Positions 37,301 through 47,200 of a stretch of 64,000 bases of DNA are shown here, in pieces. Made by a program: the position numbers and the translations under genes. Origin of the DNA: a virus; the IMG/VR virus record IMGVR_UViG_3300025636_000001, positions 1-64,000 of that record, one strand, 5' to 3'. The notes beneath the pieces were generated by a model. The model was not told where the DNA came from. It saw only the letters and a program-made list of their open reading frames with translations, and did not search any database. How positions within the stretch are numbered: position 1 is the first letter of the stretch; every line of letters starts with the position of its first letter.

Positions 37301-37869
37301 TAAGCTCTAAACATACAATCAAAGAAGCTTTAGAAATAGCTAAAAATAAAAAAGTTTACATAGAAGGAAACTTTACAAAGCTATTAAATGAAACTTCTGA
37401 TAAAGAAGTTAAAAGCTACATTGATTTATGTAAAGAAAAAGATTTACAGAACAGAAAGAAAAGATTACAAATAACTAAACAAGTTCAAAAGCAAAATAAA
37501 GATCTTGAGTCAGCAGCTAAAGAAAATGAAAAACTTGTTGTTGATTTGAAAAAGGCTTTAAAAGAAACTGAATCAGCAAAAAAAACTGCTGAGGATAGTA
37601 TGGATAAAGCTTTACAGGATCTAGAGGTTGTTCAAAAGAAAAGTCAATTTGAACTTATTGGTACTATTGTAAGAGTTGCTTTATGGGTTATAGGTGGTGT
37701 TGGTATACTAACAACCTTGATGTATGCAGTAGCTTTAATGAATGATGTAGATACTCAGATAATCGGTAGTACCTGGTCTAATATGTTTGGTATACTCCTA
37801 ACTAATGCTTTCTCTATTGTAGGGACCATTATGGGTGTAAAGTATGCCACAGATAATACAAAGGAATAA
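37297..37869 (+). CDS. Coiled-coil protein with two C-terminal TM helices
   Basis: Heptad-rich middle; VALWVIGGVGILTTLMYAVAL and MFGILLTNAFSIVGTIMGV helices; ATGA-coupled to the response regulator. Confidence 0.7.
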   Translation: MISSKHTIKEALEIAKNKKVYIEGNFTKLLNETSDKEVKSYIDLCKEKDLQNRKKRLQITKQVQKQNKDLESAAKENEKLVVDLKKALKETESAKKTAEDSMDKALQDLEVVQKKSQFELIGTIVRVALWVIGGVGILTTLMYAVALMNDVDTQIIGSTWSNMFGILLTNAFSIVGTIMGVKYATDNTKE

Positions 37870-38453
37870 TGAAAAAGTATTTTAAGAATTTACAGACACT
37901 GCTTATAGTAGTTCTGGTTGTAGTTATATTACTAATGAGAAGTTGTTCTGGTAAGTCAGAACCTGTTGAACCTGTTATTATAACAAACGTTGAAGTCAAG
38001 TATGACACCATCACTGAATATGTACCTGAGTACATCCCTAAGCTTATCACAAAAGTGGAGTATGTACATGACACAGTAGTTAGAACACAACCTATTGATA
38101 CAGTAGCAATACTTAAAGATTATTTTGCTACATATGTATATGAAGATCGTCAAAAGTTAGATAGTCTAAACATAACTATCAAAGACTCGGTAACTCAAAA
38201 CAAAATTATATCAAGGTCTATAGCTTATGATCTTATATATCCCACTACTACTATTACAAAAGAAATCTACTTAAACAATAGAGAGTTTTATTATGGTCTA
38301 AACCTTAACGGTAAATCAGATCAACTAAACTACTTAGGTGGAAGTCTTTTATATAGAACTAAAAGCAAGCAAATATATAGTATTGGTTTAGGTGTTAATC
38401 AAAACATGGAACCTGTTATATCAGCCGGATTATACTGGAAAATAGGAAAATAA
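37869..38453 (+). CDS. Membrane-anchored/lipoprotein-like protein, putative spanin
   Basis: Basic N-terminus, hydrophobic helix ending LLMRSC, V.YDTI/HDTVV repeats, amphipathic beta-strand C-terminus ending GLYWKIGK. Confidence 0.55.
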   Translation: MKKYFKNLQTLLIVVLVVVILLMRSCSGKSEPVEPVIITNVEVKYDTITEYVPEYIPKLITKVEYVHDTVVRTQPIDTVAILKDYFATYVYEDRQKLDSLNITIKDSVTQNKIISRSIAYDLIYPTTTITKEIYLNNREFYYGLNLNGKSDQLNYLGGSLLYRTKSKQIYSIGLGVNQNMEPVISAGLYWKIGK

Positions 38454-38482
38454 AAAAGGAAGACTTTTACATCTCCCTCTTT
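38452..38482. terminator. Weak hairpin between convergent genes
   Basis: AAAAAGGAAGA-cttttaca-TCTCCCTCTT imperfect stem. Confidence 0.35.
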
Positions 38483-38484
38483 AG

Positions 38485-41400
38485 TTATTTTATAAAGAAA
38501 TTATTTAGCTGAATGTAATCTTGCCACTTCTTAATTGTATAGAGAATTGGTACTATATCCATAAATTCTTTACCTACTTTTAATTTACCGGCTCTTCTAC
38601 CTCTCTGATAGTATACGTCTTTATTATAATACCAGTCATCTTCATTACCTGTGACCATGTATTTAATACCGCTTGTTCCATAATCCCAAGATGCATCTAT
38701 AAGCCCTCCCATTTCACCAAGAGTTCTTGTTATAGCAAAGGGGCTATCAAAGAATTCAACAGTTTGTGTTAAACCACTAGAACTAGGTACAAATATTAAT
38801 AATTCTTTTTTAGTTCTATCTGCTTGATAGCGTGCAATATTTTTAAGCTTCTTTACAAAATCACTATCATCATCATCACTTAATAGTATTGAATCAAATA
38901 GATTAATTATTAAAAATGTTAAACCAATTGTAGCTAACTCACCATTAAATCTATGAACATTTAATATTTTGTTTTCTATTCTTTGTCTTTCAGATTCACT
39001 TATTTCTTTATCATTATTTAACCTTGCTATACTGTCTATGTAACCTTGAACAGTCATACCTTTATTAAGATCCCCTTTAAGTTTACCTAGACCAGCTTCA
39101 CTCATGTACTTTACAAATGACCACCAAGATCTAATCCTACCTTCCATCCAACCTAAGTTTTCATCAAAATATTCCCTTTGATATCTCGCTCTTATTGCTG
39201 GAGCAACCCACTTATGAAATTGAAATAATAATTTACCAACATAAAGTTGTTGTAAAACAACCTTATCTTCAGCAGCATAGTTACCATGAATTTGTTTATT
39301 TACTTCACGTATTTTCATACGCAGATCATATCTAAACTTATCATTGTATTCACCAACCTCATCATAAAGCATATTACCTTGCTCATCTTTTTTAATGTTG
39401 TTACCTTTTAGAGCTTGCTTAAATGTTGGAATTTCTTTTTTAGGTTTTATTATTGTTGTAAATCCTTCTTTTAATTCTAATTTTTGATCTCCACTAAATT
39501 CAAATGCATCATATAAACTTAAGATTTCACCAGTGTCTTTGTTTAATATATAGGTGTCCATTACTATTGCCATACCTATTTTAGTTTGAACATTATATTC
39601 AGCTGCATCCTGTAACAAATATCCAAACTCTTTAAATCGGTCATAATAACTTTTACCTGTTCTATCAGTAACACCACCAGATTCCCTTAAATCTCCTTTA
39701 TTATCCATCATTCTAAAGAGATCAACAAAACCTTCAAACTTACTTGTTGGTTCATATGGATCATACCTACCGCTACTTCTAACAGCAGTAACATCATGGG
39801 CTGTTCTTCTAATAAAATCTGGAATAGCTCTGGTATTAAATTCTTTACTTGCTCTTATATAAGCATCTCTTGCAAAGAATCTTTGACCCATTACTTCAAT
39901 ACCATTATTAACCCTTGCAATAACGTAGTTATTAAAGTTACCAAAAACGTTAAATGCAACATAACTTAAAGAAGTCCATCCTAAAACGCCATCAATGATT
40001 TTTTCAAATTGATTTTTAGTCATATCATCTGAATCATAGAATACCATTTCCATGAATTTTTTTGCAGCCTCTTTAGTATTACGTGCTTTTTGATCAGCAG
40101 GTGTATCATCAACACTACGACCACCTGTTAATTTTTTAGCTTTTCTTGCAACTTTCTTAACTGTTGTAACTCTTTTACTATATTCTCTTTTATTAATTAC
40201 TTCTTGAAAAGCCAACATTGTTTCTTCAACACCACTCATGACTTCATAGTTTTCAGCCATTGCAGCGTATTTCATTATAGCTTCCGTCAAATCATAACTT
40301 AACTCTTCTGCTGCAGGTTTAGACCTTACGGCAACCAGTTCAGATTCCAGTTTTTGTAATTTTTTTAAATAGCTTTGAGAAGTTGCAGCTGTTGAATTAC
40401 CATATTGATTTTTAAGCTCAGCTATTTTATTTTCAATAGCTTCAACATCTTCAGCTTGTCTAAGATTTCCAGTATACATTATTGGTATACCATCAACCAT
40501 TTCACCCTTTTCATTTACATTAACCTTTGTAAGTCTTGTTGTTGTAGAAAAGAATTCTTTAGTATTAGTTTTAGTTGCTGCCCAAAGAGCTTTAGCACCT
40601 GTAGGTTTATTTTTAGCATAACTTGAGAAATTACCACGGACTCTTGGTGATTTACCATACATGTAACTACCAACACCATCAGGTAACTTATCATTAAGAT
40701 CTTTCCACAATGCAGTATAAGCTATATAATAAGCTTTTCTAGCTGACGCTAATGCATCAGTTTGTGGAGCATCCATTATAGCTCTATACTTATCACTAGT
40801 CATAATCTGACCTGACTTAGATGTTTCTAAAATTTCTACATATTCTTTTTTAGGAAAAACACCTTCTTTCTCTACAACCTTTCCTGTAAATACACCATCT
40901 TTCATTATAGCTTGGTTGTACTTAACTACATTATAATATTTATTATAGTACATCTCTTGTTCTTTCCCTTTAGAACCATTGTATACCCAGCGTCCATTAT
41001 CTAGTTGTATTTCATTTTTATTTCTTGCATTTATAAACTCAGAATTATATGTATGATATTCACCAGTTTCAGTTGTACCATCATCATTTACAACTTCAGC
41101 TTGCATAAACTTTCTATACTCTTGTTTCTTTCTATATAACTCTTGATTAAAAGCAATATCTTCAGGTTTAGCTTTTGATATATCACCAATAGGTCTATAC
41201 ATAATCATCTCACCGTTAGAGTCACGTAGTGATTTATATAAAGCATTAAACTTATCATAGTATTGAGGACCTATTTTTTTAACTAGCTCCCCTGTATGTA
41301 CACCATTTTCATCAAGTTCAATCATGAACTCATAAATTTCTTTAGCATTTTTACCTGGAGATAATTTAGCTAACCTTGATGCATACAAAACAAAAGACTT

Positions 41401-44247
41401 TCTTTCTTCAATTCTATCTAGAACTTCTTGTCTTTTAGCATGCCACATCTTTTTCATTAATGCAATTAAAGTGTCTTCTGCTGTATTTGTATCTCTCGTG
41501 TAATAATCCGTAAGGCTCATATCTTCAATTACTGAATGAAATAAATCTTCAAATGGATCAACAACTTCACCTGTTATTGGATCCACATAAGGAGCAAAGT
41601 CTTTACTTGAATTTTCTCTAACAATGGCCTTAACATGTGTAAACAAAGCTTCATCAATAACACTTTGTTTTTCTGAAGTAGATTCACCTAATCTATTTAA
41701 TGTATTTTGTATCTGAAGTATGATATCCTTTTGTGTTGTATTTAAACCCGCAATGGAAGGAAGCTTATATAAACCTTCAAAGGTTTTAATAAAGTTTTCA
41801 TAGTTTCTTGCTCTTGTTAAATACAAAGGATTAGAAGCATTATCTTTATTTAAAAGATATTTTTCATACTCCTCTAATTCTTTTTTAATATCAAGAAGTA
41901 ATTCTGTAAATACTCTAGGTGCTTCTCCTGTCTCTGTTAGTGCAATTGTTGTTAATGCAATGTTTGAACTTAATCTTTCAACAGCATCTTCTTTAGTTCT
42001 ATCCATATAAACAGCAGACTTTACTGTTTCTATAACATCACGTCTTGTTGTAAGACTTTTTCTGTATTCTTTAATAGCACCTATATACATGTTTTGTTCC
42101 AACCCACCAAACTCTGTTGGGCCAGCTAAATCCATGTTCTTTATATCACCAAGATCTTGACCATCAAATTTTTCAATAGCAGTATCTGTTTCATTTAGAA
42201 GCTTTTCTAATTCTGCTTTAGATTGTTTGTTTACTTTTTTAGGTACTAAGGCATTAACATAAGGCTCATTTTGATTTAGTGGATGAAATACAACATTCTC
42301 TATTTCAAAATTTCCATTAAACTTTTGATCTTTCCCTTTACCTGTTATATCCACCCATAAGTGATGAGTGCTTGCACCTTGTTCACTTGCATCAACTTCA
42401 TAACCCATATTTTCAAGCATCCTTCTATATAAGTTTACTTGAAGATTGTGTTTTTGTTTTGTTGATAGAGTCTTTACACCGTAAGCTTTTAGTAAAGAGT
42501 CATCTTTTAAATCCCACTTATTATTATACTTACCATCTTCACTTGTTGATAATCTATTCTTACTTGTCTTTAAATCTAAAATCTTCAGCTTTCCCTGGGG
42601 TGTTATTGCAAGTAAATCTATAGTTCCTGCAATATTAACACCGTCTGCATTTTCACCATGCACTACAACTTGAGGAACTAAAATATCTCCATCATTGGTT
42701 ATTGCTTTTATATAACCGTCCATTGAATAGTAAGCTCTTGTTAGCTGTTCATCTGTTAAGATTTGCATACCCGCTTCTTTCACATCAGCTAGGGATTTTC
42801 CTAATACTATAGCTTCTGCTATATTATCAAAGTCATTACCTACAGCTAAATTAAGTTCTACATCATCAAGATTTTCCATCTTACCACCTATAGCAGTTGT
42901 TGATGAAACATATTCAATTGATAAATCTTTTAGATTATAGTATGTATGATTCTTCTCATTTAGAATTACTATGTCATCATTGTTTCCAACATCTTTTTTA
43001 CCAGCACTAAATGTAGGAGTCTCTCCCTTTCTTTGTTGTGCAGCATGAAATAGTTTATCTAAAACAATTTTTTGAGCGTCATTAGCATTTCTTCTTATCT
43101 GATCAAGTGCTGTTTGTTTTTCTTCAGATAATGAATATCTAACTTTAGAATCTACTTTCTTCTCTAATATAAATTGCAATTCACTTGTATTCAAAAGTTT
43201 TGCAACATCAGATAAGTTTGATCCGGGTTTTATTTTATCTACTTTAAGTTTAGCAGTACCACCAGTGTATGCTTCATGAAGATTTTTAATTACACCTAAG
43301 AACCAATTTAGGAACTCATTGATTTTATCTTTAAAAGATTTAGTGGGTGTGTTCTCAAATTCATTTGAAAAATATCTTGTAAGAGCTTGTGTTACCAACT
43401 CTAGTTCTCTGTGTCTTTCACTAAACTTTCTATACTTGGTATTATAAGCTTCATCTATTTCCTGCTTTAATATAGGAAAGTTTGCAGCAGCTTCATCGTA
43501 AAGAGTTTTAAACAGCTCTGGGTTGTCTACATACACAGCATCAATAAAAGGGTGTAAGACCTCTTCTATAGCTATATCATGTGTCACTTTACCTTTAATT
43601 AAAACAGCAGTTTGATTTACATAAAAACTTCTTACCTGTGAAAAAGGTGTTTTGTTTTTTTGATATGCTGGTAATGTATCATACAAGTTCTCTGCTTCTT
43701 TAGCAGATAAGATCTTAATTGCTAAACCTGGGAACATTTTTTGTATGTGACTTAACACATCTACTGTATGTGTACCTGCAGCTCTTCTGCTTTTTGGTAA
43801 AACATCCACAGGCATTAAAGCATCTTCATTTATAGAGATCCTTCTTGACCTCCTTGTTATAGTATCATTTATAACATCTCTTGGTATTTTATTTTTATCT
43901 AAGTATCCAAGTAATCTATTATAATTAATCTTTAGACTTTTAGGGTTACCAACCATTTCACCATCTCTTGTGTTGTTGAGATAGTAACCACCATACTTTT
44001 CAGAATAATGTATAATTTTATTTCTAACAAGGTTGGCAATCAAAGCATCTGTAAAAGCCTTTGTCTTTAATGAAAAAGACATATTAAGTTCTTCTTGCAC
44101 TTGCTTTGCTTGCTCTACCGTAGGAAACTCTTCTGAGTTATTTAATGATTGCCATTTTTCAATTAAACTATCAACAACCATATTGTCTTTAAACTCCTCA
44201 CTTAAAGACTGATACTCAGGTAAATTTTTATTATAACACTTAGCCAT
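38485..44247 (-). CDS. Large virion cargo protein with a PD-(D/E)XK nuclease-like domain
   Basis: 1920 aa; IAGTIDLL...KILDLKTS...QVNLYRRML; degenerate zincin-like IEEVLHPF; adjacent to the vRNAP gene. Confidence 0.75.
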   Translation of the reverse strand: MAKCYNKNLPEYQSLSEEFKDNMVVDSLIEKWQSLNNSEEFPTVEQAKQVQEELNMSFSLKTKAFTDALIANLVRNKIIHYSEKYGGYYLNNTRDGEMVGNPKSLKINYNRLLGYLDKNKIPRDVINDTITRRSRRISINEDALMPVDVLPKSRRAAGTHTVDVLSHIQKMFPGLAIKILSAKEAENLYDTLPAYQKNKTPFSQVRSFYVNQTAVLIKGKVTHDIAIEEVLHPFIDAVYVDNPELFKTLYDEAAANFPILKQEIDEAYNTKYRKFSERHRELELVTQALTRYFSNEFENTPTKSFKDKINEFLNWFLGVIKNLHEAYTGGTAKLKVDKIKPGSNLSDVAKLLNTSELQFILEKKVDSKVRYSLSEEKQTALDQIRRNANDAQKIVLDKLFHAAQQRKGETPTFSAGKKDVGNNDDIVILNEKNHTYYNLKDLSIEYVSSTTAIGGKMENLDDVELNLAVGNDFDNIAEAIVLGKSLADVKEAGMQILTDEQLTRAYYSMDGYIKAITNDGDILVPQVVVHGENADGVNIAGTIDLLAITPQGKLKILDLKTSKNRLSTSEDGKYNNKWDLKDDSLLKAYGVKTLSTKQKHNLQVNLYRRMLENMGYEVDASEQGASTHHLWVDITGKGKDQKFNGNFEIENVVFHPLNQNEPYVNALVPKKVNKQSKAELEKLLNETDTAIEKFDGQDLGDIKNMDLAGPTEFGGLEQNMYIGAIKEYRKSLTTRRDVIETVKSAVYMDRTKEDAVERLSSNIALTTIALTETGEAPRVFTELLLDIKKELEEYEKYLLNKDNASNPLYLTRARNYENFIKTFEGLYKLPSIAGLNTTQKDIILQIQNTLNRLGESTSEKQSVIDEALFTHVKAIVRENSSKDFAPYVDPITGEVVDPFEDLFHSVIEDMSLTDYYTRDTNTAEDTLIALMKKMWHAKRQEVLDRIEERKSFVLYASRLAKLSPGKNAKEIYEFMIELDENGVHTGELVKKIGPQYYDKFNALYKSLRDSNGEMIMYRPIGDISKAKPEDIAFNQELYRKKQEYRKFMQAEVVNDDGTTETGEYHTYNSEFINARNKNEIQLDNGRWVYNGSKGKEQEMYYNKYYNVVKYNQAIMKDGVFTGKVVEKEGVFPKKEYVEILETSKSGQIMTSDKYRAIMDAPQTDALASARKAYYIAYTALWKDLNDKLPDGVGSYMYGKSPRVRGNFSSYAKNKPTGAKALWAATKTNTKEFFSTTTRLTKVNVNEKGEMVDGIPIMYTGNLRQAEDVEAIENKIAELKNQYGNSTAATSQSYLKKLQKLESELVAVRSKPAAEELSYDLTEAIMKYAAMAENYEVMSGVEETMLAFQEVINKREYSKRVTTVKKVARKAKKLTGGRSVDDTPADQKARNTKEAAKKFMEMVFYDSDDMTKNQFEKIIDGVLGWTSLSYVAFNVFGNFNNYVIARVNNGIEVMGQRFFARDAYIRASKEFNTRAIPDFIRRTAHDVTAVRSSGRYDPYEPTSKFEGFVDLFRMMDNKGDLRESGGVTDRTGKSYYDRFKEFGYLLQDAAEYNVQTKIGMAIVMDTYILNKDTGEILSLYDAFEFSGDQKLELKEGFTTIIKPKKEIPTFKQALKGNNIKKDEQGNMLYDEVGEYNDKFRYDLRMKIREVNKQIHGNYAAEDKVVLQQLYVGKLLFQFHKWVAPAIRARYQREYFDENLGWMEGRIRSWWSFVKYMSEAGLGKLKGDLNKGMTVQGYIDSIARLNNDKEISESERQRIENKILNVHRFNGELATIGLTFLIINLFDSILLSDDDDSDFVKKLKNIARYQADRTKKELLIFVPSSSGLTQTVEFFDSPFAITRTLGEMGGLIDASWDYGTSGIKYMVTGNEDDWYYNKDVYYQRGRRAGKLKVGKEFMDIVPILYTIKKWQDYIQLNNFFIK

Positions 44248-44254
44248 TATTTAT

Positions 44255-47200
44255 TTATTTTAAGTAACACTTTCTCAAGTGCTCTTCATATTGTGATTCT
44301 TCTGTGAATGCGCTCTTCTTAAATGATTCTTTAAGAGAATTTAAATCTGATATGTTAACACCATCTTTTTTCATTTTTTGGATTGCTCCAGGTGTTGTTT
44401 TTAAATCATCCAGCAATATACTAAAATTATCTGTCAAGCCTAAATTCATAGCTGATAATTCTTCAACATCAAATAAATCTAATTGAGCATTTTCAACCTC
44501 ACTAGCTTGTTGTGTTGGTTGTTTAGATATAAAAGCGGTAAGTTTATCATTCACTTCCTCTGAAACCTCTGCTGGTATATCTGCTTGAGTTAGATCTGCA
44601 ATATTTTTTCCTTCAACTTCAATACCTTTTTCTGTAGCAGTTCTTGTTAAGTTGTTTAAACTACCAAACTCTGCAATATTATCAGGCATTGTAATGTCAT
44701 CTGGAATTGTATCCATATTAAAATCAACATCAATTGAATCAAACCTATCAGAAACATACAAGTCTTTTGTTTTAGGTCTTTGGAAGTTATCATTATTAAA
44801 GATAAACCCTATTGCATTTTGGTAATAAGAACCTTCTAAATCAAACCTTTCATAAACGCCTTCTGTTAATACTGAACCATCTATGTTATCAACAGGAACT
44901 TCTAAATTTTTATTACCCCCTTTAACTAGTATGTAGTATTGTTTTTGAACACCTATTGGATTTTTAGTTTCTCTAGAAATGAATTTAGGGAAAACTATAG
45001 CAGGTAATCCATCTTCTTCTACAGCTCTAGATACTCTAATTATGTCTTTGTTATCTTTATCAACATTTACTTTGTACCCATTGTCTTCATTAAAAACAAA
45101 ATAATCAGGTTTTATATTTTTAGAAAATGCAGCAGATCTACCATAATTATTTATAAAATCTTTGCTCATATCTTCTAAGCTTTCACCAAACACCTTTTCA
45201 AATTCAACTTGACCTTTGAATGCTTTGAATACTTCTGTACTAGAAGATAAATATTTTTCAAGACCAAATGGAGTGATTGCTTCTAATAGACTACCAGCAG
45301 CTAGACTTAAACCATCCTTAGCCATTATATAATGAAGTATGTTAACTGCCTCTTTTCTTGTTTTAATATCACCATATAAAGCTTGGAAACCATTTTGAAT
45401 TCTTACCTTCTCATTATCACTGAGCTTTCCAAAGCCTCGTGTAGTTGCAATATTCATCCCAGTTTTATTATCTTCTGCATTTACAGTTTTTGTAAATACA
45501 AAATAATCTAGGAAATAATTATCTCCAACATTAAAGTTACTCTTAAGATCTTTAATTACAGTAGTAATATTAAAGTCACTGTTTTCACTTGGATACAAAA
45601 ATTCATTTGATAATGATGCACCAACAAGAGAACCTGCTTCTCTATCAAATAGATCTTTTATGTAAGCTTTTATTGTAAAGTAAGACAATATATCTTTCTG
45701 AACTTGTGCTTTTAGTTTAGCACCTTCAGGTCCAAAAGAAACATTAGCATAAGACATTACACCACTAAAAATACGTTTAAAAGCAGGACTTTGAGAAGTG
45801 AATACTTCCGGTAAAACATTTCTTTTAAAGTCTTCAAATACTCTTATGTTTTGACCTATGTAATGACGTACAGGTTTATCTTTTGTTAAGTCAGTACTAA
45901 ATGCATTTCTTAAATCAAATATTAATTCTTTTGTTCTGATCTTATCTTTCATTTCTGAATTAGATGTATATAAGCCAGCTTTTTCTATTGACTCATCTAC
46001 ACTTAACAAAGAAGAAAAATCTTTACCAAAACCTTTATTTAATTGAAATATAGCTTGAAGATTATCAACTTCTTTTGTTAATCTATCCACCTTTAATACT
46101 TCAAGAAGTAAACCTAATAAAGCTCCGGGCTTTTCATTACCTTCTATACCTTCACTTAAAGTTTTAGTTGTTACTCTTTCAGGTTTAACACCTCCAGCAT
46201 TTAAATCTTTAATTATTTCTCTGATCTGACCAACAGGACTCTCAGTTTCTAAAGCTTCTCTTATGGCTTTTACATTTACAAGCATTGTTGCTTGCTCCAA
46301 AGGAACACCAAATGAGACCATGCTTAATACATACTTAATACCTTTTTTATTATATCCAAGTTTACTTAATAAGCGTTCTTTAGCATCATCTGTTGCAAGT
46401 GTTATTAAGTTGGATAATACATACTGTGTTCTTTGCAACTCACCATTAGAGTCTATTTCATTTACAAATCTATTATAAGATTTCCCATCTACTTGTAATT
46501 CAAACCATTCTGAAGAAATATTCATTTCTCTTAAAAAGTTTATAATTGTAGCTGGTGGTACAACACCTCCAATAAGGCCTGAGTTTTCTTTAACATTTTT
46601 ATGACTATAGAACTGACCAACTAGATTATCAATAGCAATACCCTCATCTTTAGTGTACGTTTTAAGTATACTAAATCTTTCACTTAAATCTTGCCATACT
46701 TGTTTAACAGCCTCAATGTCTGCGGGCTGATAAGATAAAGGAACAGAATCATCTTTACTTTCAGTAAGTTTAGTGTTACCAACAAGAGTATACTTTAGAT
46801 CAACTAGTTTATTAGTGATTGCAGCTTTGTACGGTTCTACATCATTATCCTTAATATAATCTTTATACTCTTTTTGAGTTAAAGGTAAACCTAACATGGT
46901 TGCACCATCTATTGCTTCTGAAGTATATCCAAGTTCTAATAGTTCTTTTATCTCAGCTAATGACTTAGTCTCAACCTCAGATGAAAGACCACCATCTTCA
47001 TACTTTGAATAAGCTTCATTTAAGTTGCTGCCTTTTTCTGCCACCTTTTTATTAGTATACTTAATGTAATCAGCATATCCTTCTTCTCCCTTTCTGCTAC
47101 CATATTCAATGAATTTACCGTCTTGGTAATACCATTCTTTAATTGCAGCATATACTTTATCAATATCAAAATCCGCTCCTGATATTTTAATTAAGTCTTC

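Noticed and set aside
31292-38453. Complete lysis cassette
   Set aside because: No endolysin recognised in the window; holin and spanin calls rest on topology only
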